Source of the DNA: a virus
IMG/VR virus record: IMGVR_UViG_3300028800_000005
Coordinates: 32,001-96,000 of that record
Length of the DNA stretch: 64,000 bases
Strand: one strand, 5' to 3'
Made by a program: the position numbers and the translations under genes. Position 1 is the first letter of the stretch. Every line of letters begins with the position of its first letter. This document shows positions 1 to 9,469 of this stretch, piece by piece. The notes below the pieces were generated by a model. That model did no database searches, had not been told where the DNA came from, and worked only from the letters and a program-made list of their open reading frames with translations.

Positions 1-1
1 G

Positions 2-1327
2 GGCGGGTGGGACTGCTCCTCATTCGCTAGCTATGTCCTTGGCCACGACGAGGGATACAAGCTTCCCGGAGGGAAGACCTGGGACCAGGCCACCAGTAGC
101 GGGAAGACGCACGGGCCCACGTCGGGCTCGTTCGCTGGAATGCCTGGTGCTCACAAGGTAAGCAATAGCGCGAAGGACATCCAGGCGGGTGACCTGCTAG
201 TCTGGCCGACGCACGTTGGATTCGGTGTCGGTCCCGGGACAATGTTCTCGGCATATGACACGGCGAAGGGTACGCTCCAGACGCCGAAGGACATGCAGAA
301 CGCAAGTGGGCCTAGCGGGGAGAAGCTGACGGTTCTTCGCCTGGGCGCTGGCGGTGGTAACGCGAACAGCTCGGGTGGTGGAAGCGGGTCCTCTTCAAGT
401 TCATCTAATTCCGGGTCATCGCAAACGAATACCGGAGGGGGCAGCCCAAGCTCGACTTCTGAGACCGATAACGTACTGGGTGCCCTTGGGGCGGGGGCGT
501 ATGCTTCAAGCGCGAGCGCCCCACAGCAAAGCAAAACTACTAGTAACGGTGGTGGAGGGGCCCCGGCCGGGGGTGTTACCGGATCTGCCGCCGCAAACGG
601 CAAGGAGCTTTACCAGTACCTGCTGACTAACCTATTCGGTGGTAAGAAGATAGCGGCAGCCGGGGCTATCGCCTCAATCTGGGGTGAGTCAGGCTGGAAC
701 CCGATGTCCCAGGGTACCGGAGGCCGTGGACTTATCGGATGGACTCCACCAAGTTCAATCAGTGATGCCGCATTCAAGGGCGGCATGAAGACGCAGCTCC
801 CGGAGATCATTAACTTCGTCCACAAGAACGGGGACATGGGTGCTGTCCACCAGATGGAGGGTGCCAGCACCATCCTGGACGCGGCAAACATCTGGGGTAA
901 GAAGGTCGAACGTTACGGAATTAACGACGTTCACTCCGCTGGAATCGCGGCGGCCAAGAAGATAGCCGGGCTGGCGACGGGTGGTGTCACCCAGAAACCA
1001 GGGCCATACCTGGTTGGCGAGCGCGGGCCGGAGGTCGTGGACCTTCCCAGCGGGGCGTCAGTAACGGACGCCAAGCGGACGAGCGTCTCCGGGGCCCAGG
1101 GCGTGGCCCAAACCCCGTGGAAGGTGTCCGTACCCCAGCCTGCCGCATCTAGCAAGGGTGCGCAGGTTAACCTGACCTTCGGGGATGTCGTCATTCAAAC
1201 CCAGAATGGTAATATCAACAAGCAAGACGTTGCTAACTCGGTACGGGAGATTTACGCGGGCGTCACGAAGATGATCGAGAACGACAAGGTGATACAGGCG
1301 ATCGCCAACGGAGAGAAGCGCGGGTAA
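2..1327 (+). CDS. Tape measure protein C-terminal part (5'-truncated by window) with NlpC/P60 peptidase and phage-tail-lysozyme domains
   Basis: Frame is open from base 2 (GGWDCSSFASYVLG, the NlpC/P60 catalytic Cys motif, then THVG His). Later IASIWGESGWNP..GRGLIGWTP..VERYG (tail lysozyme) and LATGG..YLVGERGPEVV, typical of TMP C-termini. Lies directly before baseplate genes. Confidence 0.85.
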   Translation, partial: GGWDCSSFASYVLGHDEGYKLPGGKTWDQATSSGKTHGPTSGSFAGMPGAHKVSNSAKDIQAGDLLVWPTHVGFGVGPGTMFSAYDTAKGTLQTPKDMQNASGPSGEKLTVLRLGAGGGNANSSGGGSGSSSSSSNSGSSQTNTGGGSPSSTSETDNVLGALGAGAYASSASAPQQSKTTSNGGGGAPAGGVTGSAAANGKELYQYLLTNLFGGKKIAAAGAIASIWGESGWNPMSQGTGGRGLIGWTPPSSISDAAFKGGMKTQLPEIINFVHKNGDMGAVHQMEGASTILDAANIWGKKVERYGINDVHSAGIAAAKKIAGLATGGVTQKPGPYLVGERGPEVVDLPSGASVTDAKRTSVSGAQGVAQTPWKVSVPQPAASSKGAQVNLTFGDVVIQTQNGNINKQDVANSVREIYAGVTKMIENDKVIQAIANGEKRG

Positions 1328-1328
1328 C

Positions 1329-2357
1329 ATGCCAATCATAACCACGTCACCGTCTACCGGCGCAAAGTCAGCCACGGTCAGCCCGAAGACCGGCGCGGTG
1401 TCAAATCCATCTCCAGGAACGACCTCCGCTGGGAGTAAGGGGGACGTACCGTACTACGCGCAGTCTCTGTTCGATTCCCGGATCTACTCTCTCGTGTTCC
1501 CGATGGAACGGAATGACACGGAAGCCCCGACAAATGGCGGTGGTTACAACGGCGGGCTGACGCGCGGGATGATGATATGGGACAAGGCTTACCCGCCGTA
1601 CACGCACCAAGCCGAAATGCATTTCCTGTTCAACCCGACGACCGTCACGGCGACCTACTCTGTCGACTCCGGTGACGCTTCGACATCATTGATGTACCGC
1701 AGCCCTACGGACACGGCGCAGGCCGCCTTTGCGATGAACCAGACGGTCAGCTTCAGCCTTTACTATGACCGGACGTTCGAGCTATGGGGGTCCTATGGCG
1801 CGTCGGGCGTGCCAAACCCCCAGACAGTCGGCCCGAACGGAAAGATGCAGGACACCTCGTCAGCTAACCCCAATATTAACGGCATGAACCCGATGGACCC
1901 GACCGTGTACGGCGTGAACGTCGACATCATGGCCATGAAGCAGATCACCGGAATGTTCCTGAACCAGCTATCTGCTCCCTCCGGTGCGGCGACTGGTGCT
2001 CCGACTAGTAATGCTTCCCCCGGGCTGTCCCAGCAGGGTGTAATGTGCATGCTCCCGACCTGGGTTTACTTCGGGGCGAAGACGGGCCTCGTATACTACG
2101 GGTACATATCCTCGTTCACGGTCACCGTGACTCACTGGACCCAGTTTATGATTCCTATGCGAGCGGTGATCGACGTCGGCTTTAACCTGCTTGTCCCCTC
2201 GGCGGACCAGAAGGACGGGCCAACCTTCACTGACTGGAACACCCTGGCACAGCTCGCCATCGGAACCTCGGCTGCTGATAGTGCAAATGGACAGCAGACA
2301 ATCAGCAAGGCAACAGGTAACAACAGTAACCTGTCCACGGGGAAGGCGGGGCGATGA
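1329..2357 (+). CDS. Tail-tube initiator / baseplate hub-associated protein
   Basis: HFLFNPTTV and YYGYISSFTVTVTHWTQFMIPMRAVIDV motifs typical of contractile-tail tube initiators; position after TMP. Confidence 0.65.
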   Translation: MPIITTSPSTGAKSATVSPKTGAVSNPSPGTTSAGSKGDVPYYAQSLFDSRIYSLVFPMERNDTEAPTNGGGYNGGLTRGMMIWDKAYPPYTHQAEMHFLFNPTTVTATYSVDSGDASTSLMYRSPTDTAQAAFAMNQTVSFSLYYDRTFELWGSYGASGVPNPQTVGPNGKMQDTSSANPNINGMNPMDPTVYGVNVDIMAMKQITGMFLNQLSAPSGAATGAPTSNASPGLSQQGVMCMLPTWVYFGAKTGLVYYGYISSFTVTVTHWTQFMIPMRAVIDVGFNLLVPSADQKDGPTFTDWNTLAQLAIGTSAADSANGQQTISKATGNNSNLSTGKAGR

Positions 2358-2629
2358 TAGGTCAGTTCAGCCGGTACATCGACTCTTCAATAGTGAACGT
2401 CGATGTAAACAAAAGGACCCGGCAAGTTATAGTTCCCAGCCCTCCGCAGCCGTACACGATCGTGTTCCGGTCCTACATGGTCACGGACTCTGACACACTT
2501 GACGGCCTGGCTGACCAGTTCTTCGGCGCGGCTACATGGTGGTGGAAGATCGCGGACGCTAACCCGGAGATCCTTGACTGGACCACCATCCCCCCGGGCA
2601 CCGTCATTCGTATTCCGGTGGCATCGTGA
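2354..2629 (+). CDS. LysM/gpX-like baseplate protein
   Basis: YMVTDSDTLDGLADQFFG..WWKIADANP..IPPGTVIRIP. Confidence 0.85.
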   Translation: MIGQFSRYIDSSIVNVDVNKRTRQVIVPSPPQPYTIVFRSYMVTDSDTLDGLADQFFGAATWWWKIADANPEILDWTTIPPGTVIRIPVAS

Positions 2630-3798
2630 CTTCCACACCCGTCGGCCCAGTCATATTCTCGGCTACAGTTAACGGCGTGAAGTCCCAGACGGCTCCGCTG
2701 GACTTTGAGGTGCAGCAGGAGTGGGGAAAGCACGACCTTTTCTTCGCGCGCGTCGTGGTAAAGAAGGGGCTGACGTACACTAAGCTGCTGAAGTCCTGGC
2801 CAGAGGGTGCCGCCGTTGACATCACCTGGGGACGTTACCCGACATCAGTACAGCACTGGTACGGGTACATAAACCACCATCAGATCAACACCGAAGATGA
2901 CGCGAACGGGCAGAACATCCAGATCACGTACGTCTTTATCGGAACCAGTGCGAAGATGAACGGGGACAAGAACCGGACCTGGAAAAGCTACACGCCAACG
3001 GCCATGGCGAGTACCATTGCCCGGGAGAACTCGCTGCGGTGTGTCGTCACGTCGACCGACTGGACACTGCCGTACGAGGTTCAGGCCCACGAGTCAGACT
3101 TTCAGTTCCTTAACCGGATGGCCGACAAGGTCGGAATGCGTTTCTGGGTTTCCGGAGGGACGCTGTACTTTATTGACCCTATCGTCCTCCTGTCCGGTGC
3201 GAGCAACTACTTCATCCCGCAGTACACGATTAACCGTGCGGCGTACCTCCAGGACACCGCACGGAACTTCGAGCTGATGCAGGGTTCTTCTATTCCCGGG
3301 GCCTTCAAGATGTCCCGCACGGTCTACGGCCTGGACCCGGACACCGGTCAGGTGATCCAGGCGACCGCTGACGGGGACACGTATGACGACGAGATCGTGA
3401 ACATTCACCGGAACGTGACTTCAACGCAGGAAGCGAAGCAGATCCAGAACGCGGCCCAGGCCCTAAGCCAGTTCTGGCGCACCGGCACGGTAGAGGTATT
3501 CGGGTACAGCCTGCTGTATCCCGGGAAGATGATCAAAATAGATGGTGCGGTCATGCCCGATGACACGGCCGGTAACTGGATCGTCATGAAGGTAAACCAC
3601 ATCCTGAAGATGTCCGGCAGCCCGGACCCGGTGAATGACAAGTACGTCAGCCGCCTTACTATCTCGTCAAACGTGAGCGCGACGATTCCCTTTGTCAAGG
3701 GGGTCCACAAGGTCACGCCAGAGATCATTCCGTGCAACCTGAGTGGCGGGAAGTGGCAGGCACAGCAGCTTAACACGGTCATCGAGGGGGTTGTGTAA
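2626..3798 (+). CDS. Baseplate hub protein (gp27/gpD-like)
   Basis: [30 protein letters not shown]; G..L.PGKMIKI..G.W.V.KV.H; synteny. Confidence 0.85.
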   Translation: MTSTPVGPVIFSATVNGVKSQTAPLDFEVQQEWGKHDLFFARVVVKKGLTYTKLLKSWPEGAAVDITWGRYPTSVQHWYGYINHHQINTEDDANGQNIQITYVFIGTSAKMNGDKNRTWKSYTPTAMASTIARENSLRCVVTSTDWTLPYEVQAHESDFQFLNRMADKVGMRFWVSGGTLYFIDPIVLLSGASNYFIPQYTINRAAYLQDTARNFELMQGSSIPGAFKMSRTVYGLDPDTGQVIQATADGDTYDDEIVNIHRNVTSTQEAKQIQNAAQALSQFWRTGTVEVFGYSLLYPGKMIKIDGAVMPDDTAGNWIVMKVNHILKMSGSPDPVNDKYVSRLTISSNVSATIPFVKGVHKVTPEIIPCNLSGGKWQAQQLNTVIEGVV

Positions 3799-3799
3799 G

Positions 3800-6442
3800 A
3801 TGGCACCACCGGCCAGGCAGTGGTTCGGTACGTACACCGCGAGTGTTGCTAACGCGCGCAAGGATAATTACCTTGAGCTGAACATCCCCCAGGTTCTTGG
3901 GAAGTCCATTTCGAACTGGGCGGCCCCGGTTGTGTCCTGGCCTGGGCCGCCGCTTACCCCGGGCACGGTTGTCTTCGCGGCGTTCCTTGGCGGGGACATT
4001 AACCAGCCAGTGTGGGCACCTAAGGCCCGCATACTGCAGGGTATTTACCCAGGGGACCCGACGCTAGTCCTCCACGGGGACGGCACCTGGGGAGCCGTGG
4101 TCTCTTCAAGTGGGCAGGTTCTCCCGACTAGTGCCATGGACATGAACGGGCAGATCATTACTAACGCCGCCGATGGCGTTGCTAATACTGACGTGGCTAC
4201 GGTGGAGCAGGTAAACCAGGTCGAATCCGACGTGATGACCTACCTGCAAAGCATCTCGTCTGAACTAGGCGGGGGATCAACCGGCCCCGTAGGGCCAGCC
4301 GGACCAACCGGACCCGCCGGACCTCAGGGGCCCGTGGGAGCCACAGGGTCTACCGGCCCGGCCGGGCCCACTGGTCCGACAGGGGCAACCGGAGCTACGG
4401 GACCGGCGGGCCCTACGGGGCCGACCGGGGCGACCGGACCTACCGGGCCGCAACCCCCGCTGAACACCACGGCCGTTAATATACAGGCCCTTGGAACCCA
4501 GGCGGCCGGAACGTTTACCACGGCAGCGGCGGCCGACCACGTGCACCCCACGACAGGCCTGGCTACTGCCGCGTCTATTTCCGCAGCGGCCGGTGCGGGA
4601 GATTCCACGCTAGCCCTCACGCCTGCCGGGTACTGGCGTCTCGGGGACGTTACGGCTGGCTCCTGCCCGGACTCCTCTGGGAATAACAACCCGGCCGTAG
4701 TGACAGGGACGATCGCGCCGACGCAGGGTTTTCCGGGGACTAAGGCCGCGTATTTCGTTAACTCTACCGCGTACGCCACAACCGCAGCCTTCACGTTCGC
4801 CGTTCCTTCCGCATGGTCCCTGGAAGTCTGGTTCAATACCTCAGCGCTGGGTAACAATGTCGCACTGATGTCGGGCGGGTCGTTCGCCCAGAACAGTCAC
4901 CAGGGATTCAACCTGATCCTGTTCTCGGACAACAACATTTACTTTGACTGGGGTAACGGGACCGTACGGAACAGGGTGAACACGACCACGGCTCCGGTTA
5001 CCGCTAACACCTGGCACCATGTGGTCGGCACGTACGACGGAACGACATCGAAACTTTACCTGGACGGAAGCCTGGTCGCGAGCGGATCAGCCACCGGCCC
5101 GATGAGCTGGCCAACGCCGCAGGTTGCCTTCGCGCAGGTCTACACGGGCATCGGCGGAACGCCGCACCCGCTATCGATTGAGCGCGGGGCAATTTTCTCC
5201 TCCGTGCTGACGTCTGTGACCGTGGCGAACAGGTACAACACGGCCCTGTTCAGCTCGGCCACCGCTGGCCCGACAGTTATCAATGCGGCTGACTACAACA
5301 GCATTCAGGCCGCACTTGATGCGGCGGCAAATGGTTCTAATACCTCACCGACCGTGTACATACCGTCAGACCGGCTCTGGCAGGCTAGCGCGGCGTTTAC
5401 TTACACGTCTGGTAAGCCGCTGCACATCACGGGTGACATCAGTGGTGCTGCCACGAATCACGGGACGACAATTCAGTGCGCCGCAGGCGGGAACTATACC
5501 CTGTTCTCTGCCCCGAACTCACCGAACACGTGCATCGAGCACCTGACCCTTGCGACTCTGGGTACCATGGGATCGTCCTCGACAGCCATTAACCTGGGCG
5601 CGTACTCGACTGTAAACGACATAACCATTACCGGTCCAAGCTCCAGCCAGTGTTTCTACACCGGCATTGAGATTACCGGTAACGTATACATGACCAACTG
5701 CTGGATTAACGCCGTCCAGACAGCGGTGTACCTTTACGAGGGTGGCGGGGGAGTCATCATGGGCACCTCGACCTTCACGGTTCCCGGAGGAGGGTCGGCT
5801 GGTATCTGGGCGAACGGCGCTACTGTCCGCATGACAAACTGCTTCACCACCGGAGGTGACCGGGGCATCTACGCCACGGCCGGTGAATTCATGTTCATCA
5901 ACAACGTGGAGATAAACAACTGCTGGGTCGCTGGCCTGGAAGTCGCGCAGCTAGACGGGCACCCCCCGGGCTTCATCGGGCAGGTCTGGGCGAACCAGCT
6001 ATGGATGACGGGCGGGGAGTCCCCGCTGGCGCACGGGGTTATCTTCAACACGGGCGGCGGGACCCTGCAGTTGACGCAGGCGAACATCGGCGGGTTCTCG
6101 GGTAACGGGGTGTGGCTGCGGAAGGGATTCGGCTTCGGAATCTACGAGTCGGTCTTCGGGGAAAACGGATTCTATGCCGCGAACTCCTATGACGACATCC
6201 ACATCGAGACCATTGCCGACCAGATACAGATCAACAACAACCGGTTTAACTGTGACCCGTACAACCAGCTCATGAGCCCGGCAGTACGCTCAAGTGTGTA
6301 CGTCCCGTCCGGAGCTATGCCGAACCTTATCTGCACCGGGAACATCTGGCCAGCAGCAGGATACGGGACGGCACCGGTTGTAAACCCAGACAGTTTGGGT
6401 ATCTTTGCGAACAACCTAGCCACTACGACACCAACGCACTGA
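3800..6442 (+). CDS. Central spike (gpV/gp5 OB-fold N-terminus) fused to collagen-like repeat, LamG domain and right-handed beta-helix
   Basis: Start MAPPARQ at 3800. N-terminal [36 protein letters not shown]; (GPx)n; [16 protein letters not shown]; [13 protein letters not shown] followed by beta-helix-like repeats. Confidence 0.8.
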   Translation: MAPPARQWFGTYTASVANARKDNYLELNIPQVLGKSISNWAAPVVSWPGPPLTPGTVVFAAFLGGDINQPVWAPKARILQGIYPGDPTLVLHGDGTWGAVVSSSGQVLPTSAMDMNGQIITNAADGVANTDVATVEQVNQVESDVMTYLQSISSELGGGSTGPVGPAGPTGPAGPQGPVGATGSTGPAGPTGPTGATGATGPAGPTGPTGATGPTGPQPPLNTTAVNIQALGTQAAGTFTTAAAADHVHPTTGLATAASISAAAGAGDSTLALTPAGYWRLGDVTAGSCPDSSGNNNPAVVTGTIAPTQGFPGTKAAYFVNSTAYATTAAFTFAVPSAWSLEVWFNTSALGNNVALMSGGSFAQNSHQGFNLILFSDNNIYFDWGNGTVRNRVNTTTAPVTANTWHHVVGTYDGTTSKLYLDGSLVASGSATGPMSWPTPQVAFAQVYTGIGGTPHPLSIERGAIFSSVLTSVTVANRYNTALFSSATAGPTVINAADYNSIQAALDAAANGSNTSPTVYIPSDRLWQASAAFTYTSGKPLHITGDISGAATNHGTTIQCAAGGNYTLFSAPNSPNTCIEHLTLATLGTMGSSSTAINLGAYSTVNDITITGPSSSQCFYTGIEITGNVYMTNCWINAVQTAVYLYEGGGGVIMGTSTFTVPGGGSAGIWANGATVRMTNCFTTGGDRGIYATAGEFMFINNVEINNCWVAGLEVAQLDGHPPGFIGQVWANQLWMTGGESPLAHGVIFNTGGGTLQLTQANIGGFSGNGVWLRKGFGFGIYESVFGENGFYAANSYDDIHIETIADQIQINNNRFNCDPYNQLMSPAVRSSVYVPSGAMPNLICTGNIWPAAGYGTAPVVNPDSLGIFANNLATTTPTH
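4283..4453 (+). repeat. Collagen-like Gly-X-Y coding repeat
   Basis: About 19 consecutive [12 protein letters not shown]-type triplets. Confidence 0.95.
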
Positions 6443-6470
6443 CATCGAATCCTGGTAGAATGAAGACGGC

Positions 6471-6857
6471 ATGCGACAAGAAATTCTGATCCCTTTTACA
6501 CTGGACCCGGATACCGGAAAGATCATGCAGACTTCGGACCCGGACATCCAGGCGATGCAGCATGTCTCCAGCCTGGTCTGTACAGAGCCGGGGGAACGCG
6601 TGATGCACCCGGACTACGGCATTCCTTTGTCGTCCTACGTGTTCGACCCCGGAGCCTCCATAGTCGCGCAGGCAATTGACAAAGACGTAACCCAGCAGAT
6701 GGCCCAGTGGGAACCTTCCCTGACGGTGGTGCGCATTACCCCTTCAGCGGACGAAGACTTCGGGGTAGCCCGCGTTGACGTCGACTTCGAGACGTCCCCG
6801 GAGGCCACCAGATACACGCAGACGGCTACCGTTTACGTAGGGGGAGTAGTTGCATGA
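6471..6857 (+). CDS. gp25-like baseplate wedge protein
   Basis: TEPGERVMHPDYG..QWEPSL motifs. Confidence 0.9.
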   Translation: MRQEILIPFTLDPDTGKIMQTSDPDIQAMQHVSSLVCTEPGERVMHPDYGIPLSSYVFDPGASIVAQAIDKDVTQQMAQWEPSLTVVRITPSADEDFGVARVDVDFETSPEATRYTQTATVYVGGVVA

Positions 6858-8374
6858 GTTCTAGCCAGCGCTCGATACCGGCGCAGTACCCGACAATTGC
6901 AATCCCGACGAGCATCGACTACACGAGTAAGGACTTCGTGTCCTTCGTGCAGTCCATGCTGACGTACGCCGCGCAGGCAATGCCCGACTGGAATCCCGGC
7001 AGCGAGGGTGACTTCGGGATGGTCATGGTAGAGCTGATGGCCTACATGGGAGACATTATCTCCTACTACGGGGACCGGCTTTCCCAGGAGGCGTACCTTC
7101 CCACCGCGACGCAGCGGCTGTCCGTAATGAACATCGCCCAGCTTCTTAATTACGTCCCGGCCGGTGCCCTGCCCTCTTCCGGGACCATTAACCTGGTCAC
7201 CCCCCTTGGTGGCACGGCAGTGACGGTCCCAGCCGGTACCCAGGTTTCCGCTACTAACATCCCGAACGGAATGAGCGAGCCACCGATCTTTGAGACCACG
7301 ACAGACGTTACCGTACCAGGGAATGGCGGGACGGCCTCGGTAGTGGTTGAACAGGGGATCACCTACAAGATGATCCGGATCGGTACCAGCACCGGTACTC
7401 CGGGGCAGTCGTTCTCCCTTCCTCAGCTCCAGGTGCAAGACGGGAGCGTCCAGGTCCGGGTCGACGGGACGCTCCCGATTCCAGACGCCTGGAACCAGGT
7501 TAACTTCATGATCGACGCGAACGCCGAGGACGAGTCTTACAGTGTCTCGGTTGACCAGTCGGGAGTTACCTGGGTTACCTTCGGTGACGGAACTAACGGG
7601 ATGATCCCGGGAATGGGCCTTGGCATCTGGGCCACTTACCGGGTGGTCGACGGAGCGGCGGGCAACATCCCCTCCGGATCGGTAAACGCTATCAGCAGCC
7701 CGGTCGCCGGAGTTGACATCGCTTTGCTGCCGGACGGTGTCACTCCTAACACGACAGCCATGACGGGTGGCGCGGACGTAGAGGCGACCGAGTCTATCCG
7801 GGCAAATGCCGGTGCGGCCTGGCGTGCACAGTACCGCGCGGTGTCGATCCAGGACTACAATGACCTGGCCCTGAATGTCCCTGGTGTCACCATGTGCAAT
7901 GCGGTCGCCCAGCATTCGACCAGCGTGGTCCTGTACGTCGCCGGATCGAATTACCAGGGGCCCGGTCCTGTCCTGGTTGACGCTATCCTCGATTACTTCG
8001 AGGGCAAGACGGTGAACGGGACAACGCTAAGCATCGTGCCGCCTGCAATTATCCCGATTGACATCGGCACCTCGGATAACCCCGTGCAGGTAGTGGTCAA
8101 GGACGGGTACGCGCAGGGGACCGTCACCGCGAATGTTAACACCGCCCTGCAGGCCCTGCTGTCCCCGCCGAACATATCATTCGGGCAGCTACTTACCATC
8201 TCGTCTGTCTACGAGGCTATCCTGGCCGTTGACGGGGTCGACTACTGCATCGTCCCAGCGTTCACCCGGGAGGACGTGACGCAGGATAACACGAACTCGA
8301 TTCAGCTACGGCCTAGTGAATTCGCTAAGTCGGGGAACATTACCATGGTCGTATCTGGAGGCTTCACGTCGTGA
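6854..8374 (+). CDS. Baseplate J-like wedge protein
   Basis: IDYTSKDF, EAYLPTATQRLSV..A.LLNY.P, FGDG.NG.IP, GGADVE..ESIR..RAVSIQDY. Confidence 0.92.
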   Translation: MSSSQRSIPAQYPTIAIPTSIDYTSKDFVSFVQSMLTYAAQAMPDWNPGSEGDFGMVMVELMAYMGDIISYYGDRLSQEAYLPTATQRLSVMNIAQLLNYVPAGALPSSGTINLVTPLGGTAVTVPAGTQVSATNIPNGMSEPPIFETTTDVTVPGNGGTASVVVEQGITYKMIRIGTSTGTPGQSFSLPQLQVQDGSVQVRVDGTLPIPDAWNQVNFMIDANAEDESYSVSVDQSGVTWVTFGDGTNGMIPGMGLGIWATYRVVDGAAGNIPSGSVNAISSPVAGVDIALLPDGVTPNTTAMTGGADVEATESIRANAGAAWRAQYRAVSIQDYNDLALNVPGVTMCNAVAQHSTSVVLYVAGSNYQGPGPVLVDAILDYFEGKTVNGTTLSIVPPAIIPIDIGTSDNPVQVVVKDGYAQGTVTANVNTALQALLSPPNISFGQLLTISSVYEAILAVDGVDYCIVPAFTREDVTQDNTNSIQLRPSEFAKSGNITMVVSGGFTS

Positions 8375-9432
8375 CAACCAATCCGGTTTACCCGAAGTCC
8401 CTGCTGCCGTGGTCTGACCGCGTAGACGAAGTTGATATCGTCTGGGCGCAGGACCCGAACAGCATTGCCGCTGACCTGGTATCGGTTGAGAGCACTCTCG
8501 GCGTGATGCCGCAGCAGATGAAAAACCCCATCCTGGGGAATGCGATTAACTTCGTCAACGTCGACCAGCGCCTTGACTACCTTACCGCCGGGCAGAACAT
8601 CCCGGTCACGCAGCTTTACAACACCAGCGGGTTCCAGGTTAGCCCGTGGTGCGGTCCAGGCACGCACTACGGCGCGTTTAACAGCTACAAGGTCGCTTAC
8701 GACTCGTTCGCCAGCACTGGCCAGCCAATGTACAACGGGTCCGACCTGACCATGCCGGTGACCGGATGGTGCGTCATTGATTCGAGCCAGTTCTGGGAGT
8801 GGCACGGAACCGGGTACTCCGGCATGGGCCTGTACGTCGGTAACCGTCTGGTCGACTATGACAAGTGGGACTGGGGATTCCCGGGGAACTACCCTGGCGG
8901 ACTGTGGCGGCCTGAGGTGTTCCGCCCGGCGTGCACCCACGTCCACTACGAGGGCATCGTTAACCAGGGTGACAGAATCCGTGTCGTGTCCGAGAACGGC
9001 ATGTCTTCGCAACTTCCGAAGTTCGCATATCAAATGAGCCTGTCCGCCACCGTCCTGCGGACCACCCCCCGGAACAACGCGCAGCCCCCGTTTAACCCGT
9101 CGCCACCACCGCCTGGACCGATTATGTGCACACGGTTCCCCCCGCCTCCTGGCATGCTATGCAGGCACCTTGGGGGTGGCATCCTGCACATCGAATGGGA
9201 CATGTTCCAGGAGCCGTCGTGGCCGTTCCCAGACAGCTATAACGTAGCGGTTTACCGTCCGGGACTAGTCTCACCATTGGCATACTTCACGGTAGTGCCT
9301 GCCCCGGCAGTATTCGGCCGGATGGAATGGGACACCGAGGCCCTGCCCCTCGGGGCAACCTACCAGGTAGTCGTGAGTGCGAACGGCGCACTTATCCCGA
9401 GCGACTCGGCGCAGATCATCCTTAACATCTGA
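8371..9432 (+). CDS. Minor tail / fibre-associated protein
   Basis: YPKSL..WSDRVDEVD.VWA..N.I...E.TLG N-terminus seen in actinophage minor tail proteins; Pro-rich linker and C-terminal beta-sandwich-like domain. Confidence 0.55.
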   Translation: MTTNPVYPKSLLPWSDRVDEVDIVWAQDPNSIAADLVSVESTLGVMPQQMKNPILGNAINFVNVDQRLDYLTAGQNIPVTQLYNTSGFQVSPWCGPGTHYGAFNSYKVAYDSFASTGQPMYNGSDLTMPVTGWCVIDSSQFWEWHGTGYSGMGLYVGNRLVDYDKWDWGFPGNYPGGLWRPEVFRPACTHVHYEGIVNQGDRIRVVSENGMSSQLPKFAYQMSLSATVLRTTPRNNAQPPFNPSPPPPGPIMCTRFPPPPGMLCRHLGGGILHIEWDMFQEPSWPFPDSYNVAVYRPGLVSPLAYFTVVPAPAVFGRMEWDTEALPLGATYQVVVSANGALIPSDSAQIILNI

Positions 9433-9469
9433 TGCAAAGTTATCCACGTGGTAAGGCGGTGAGGTAACA

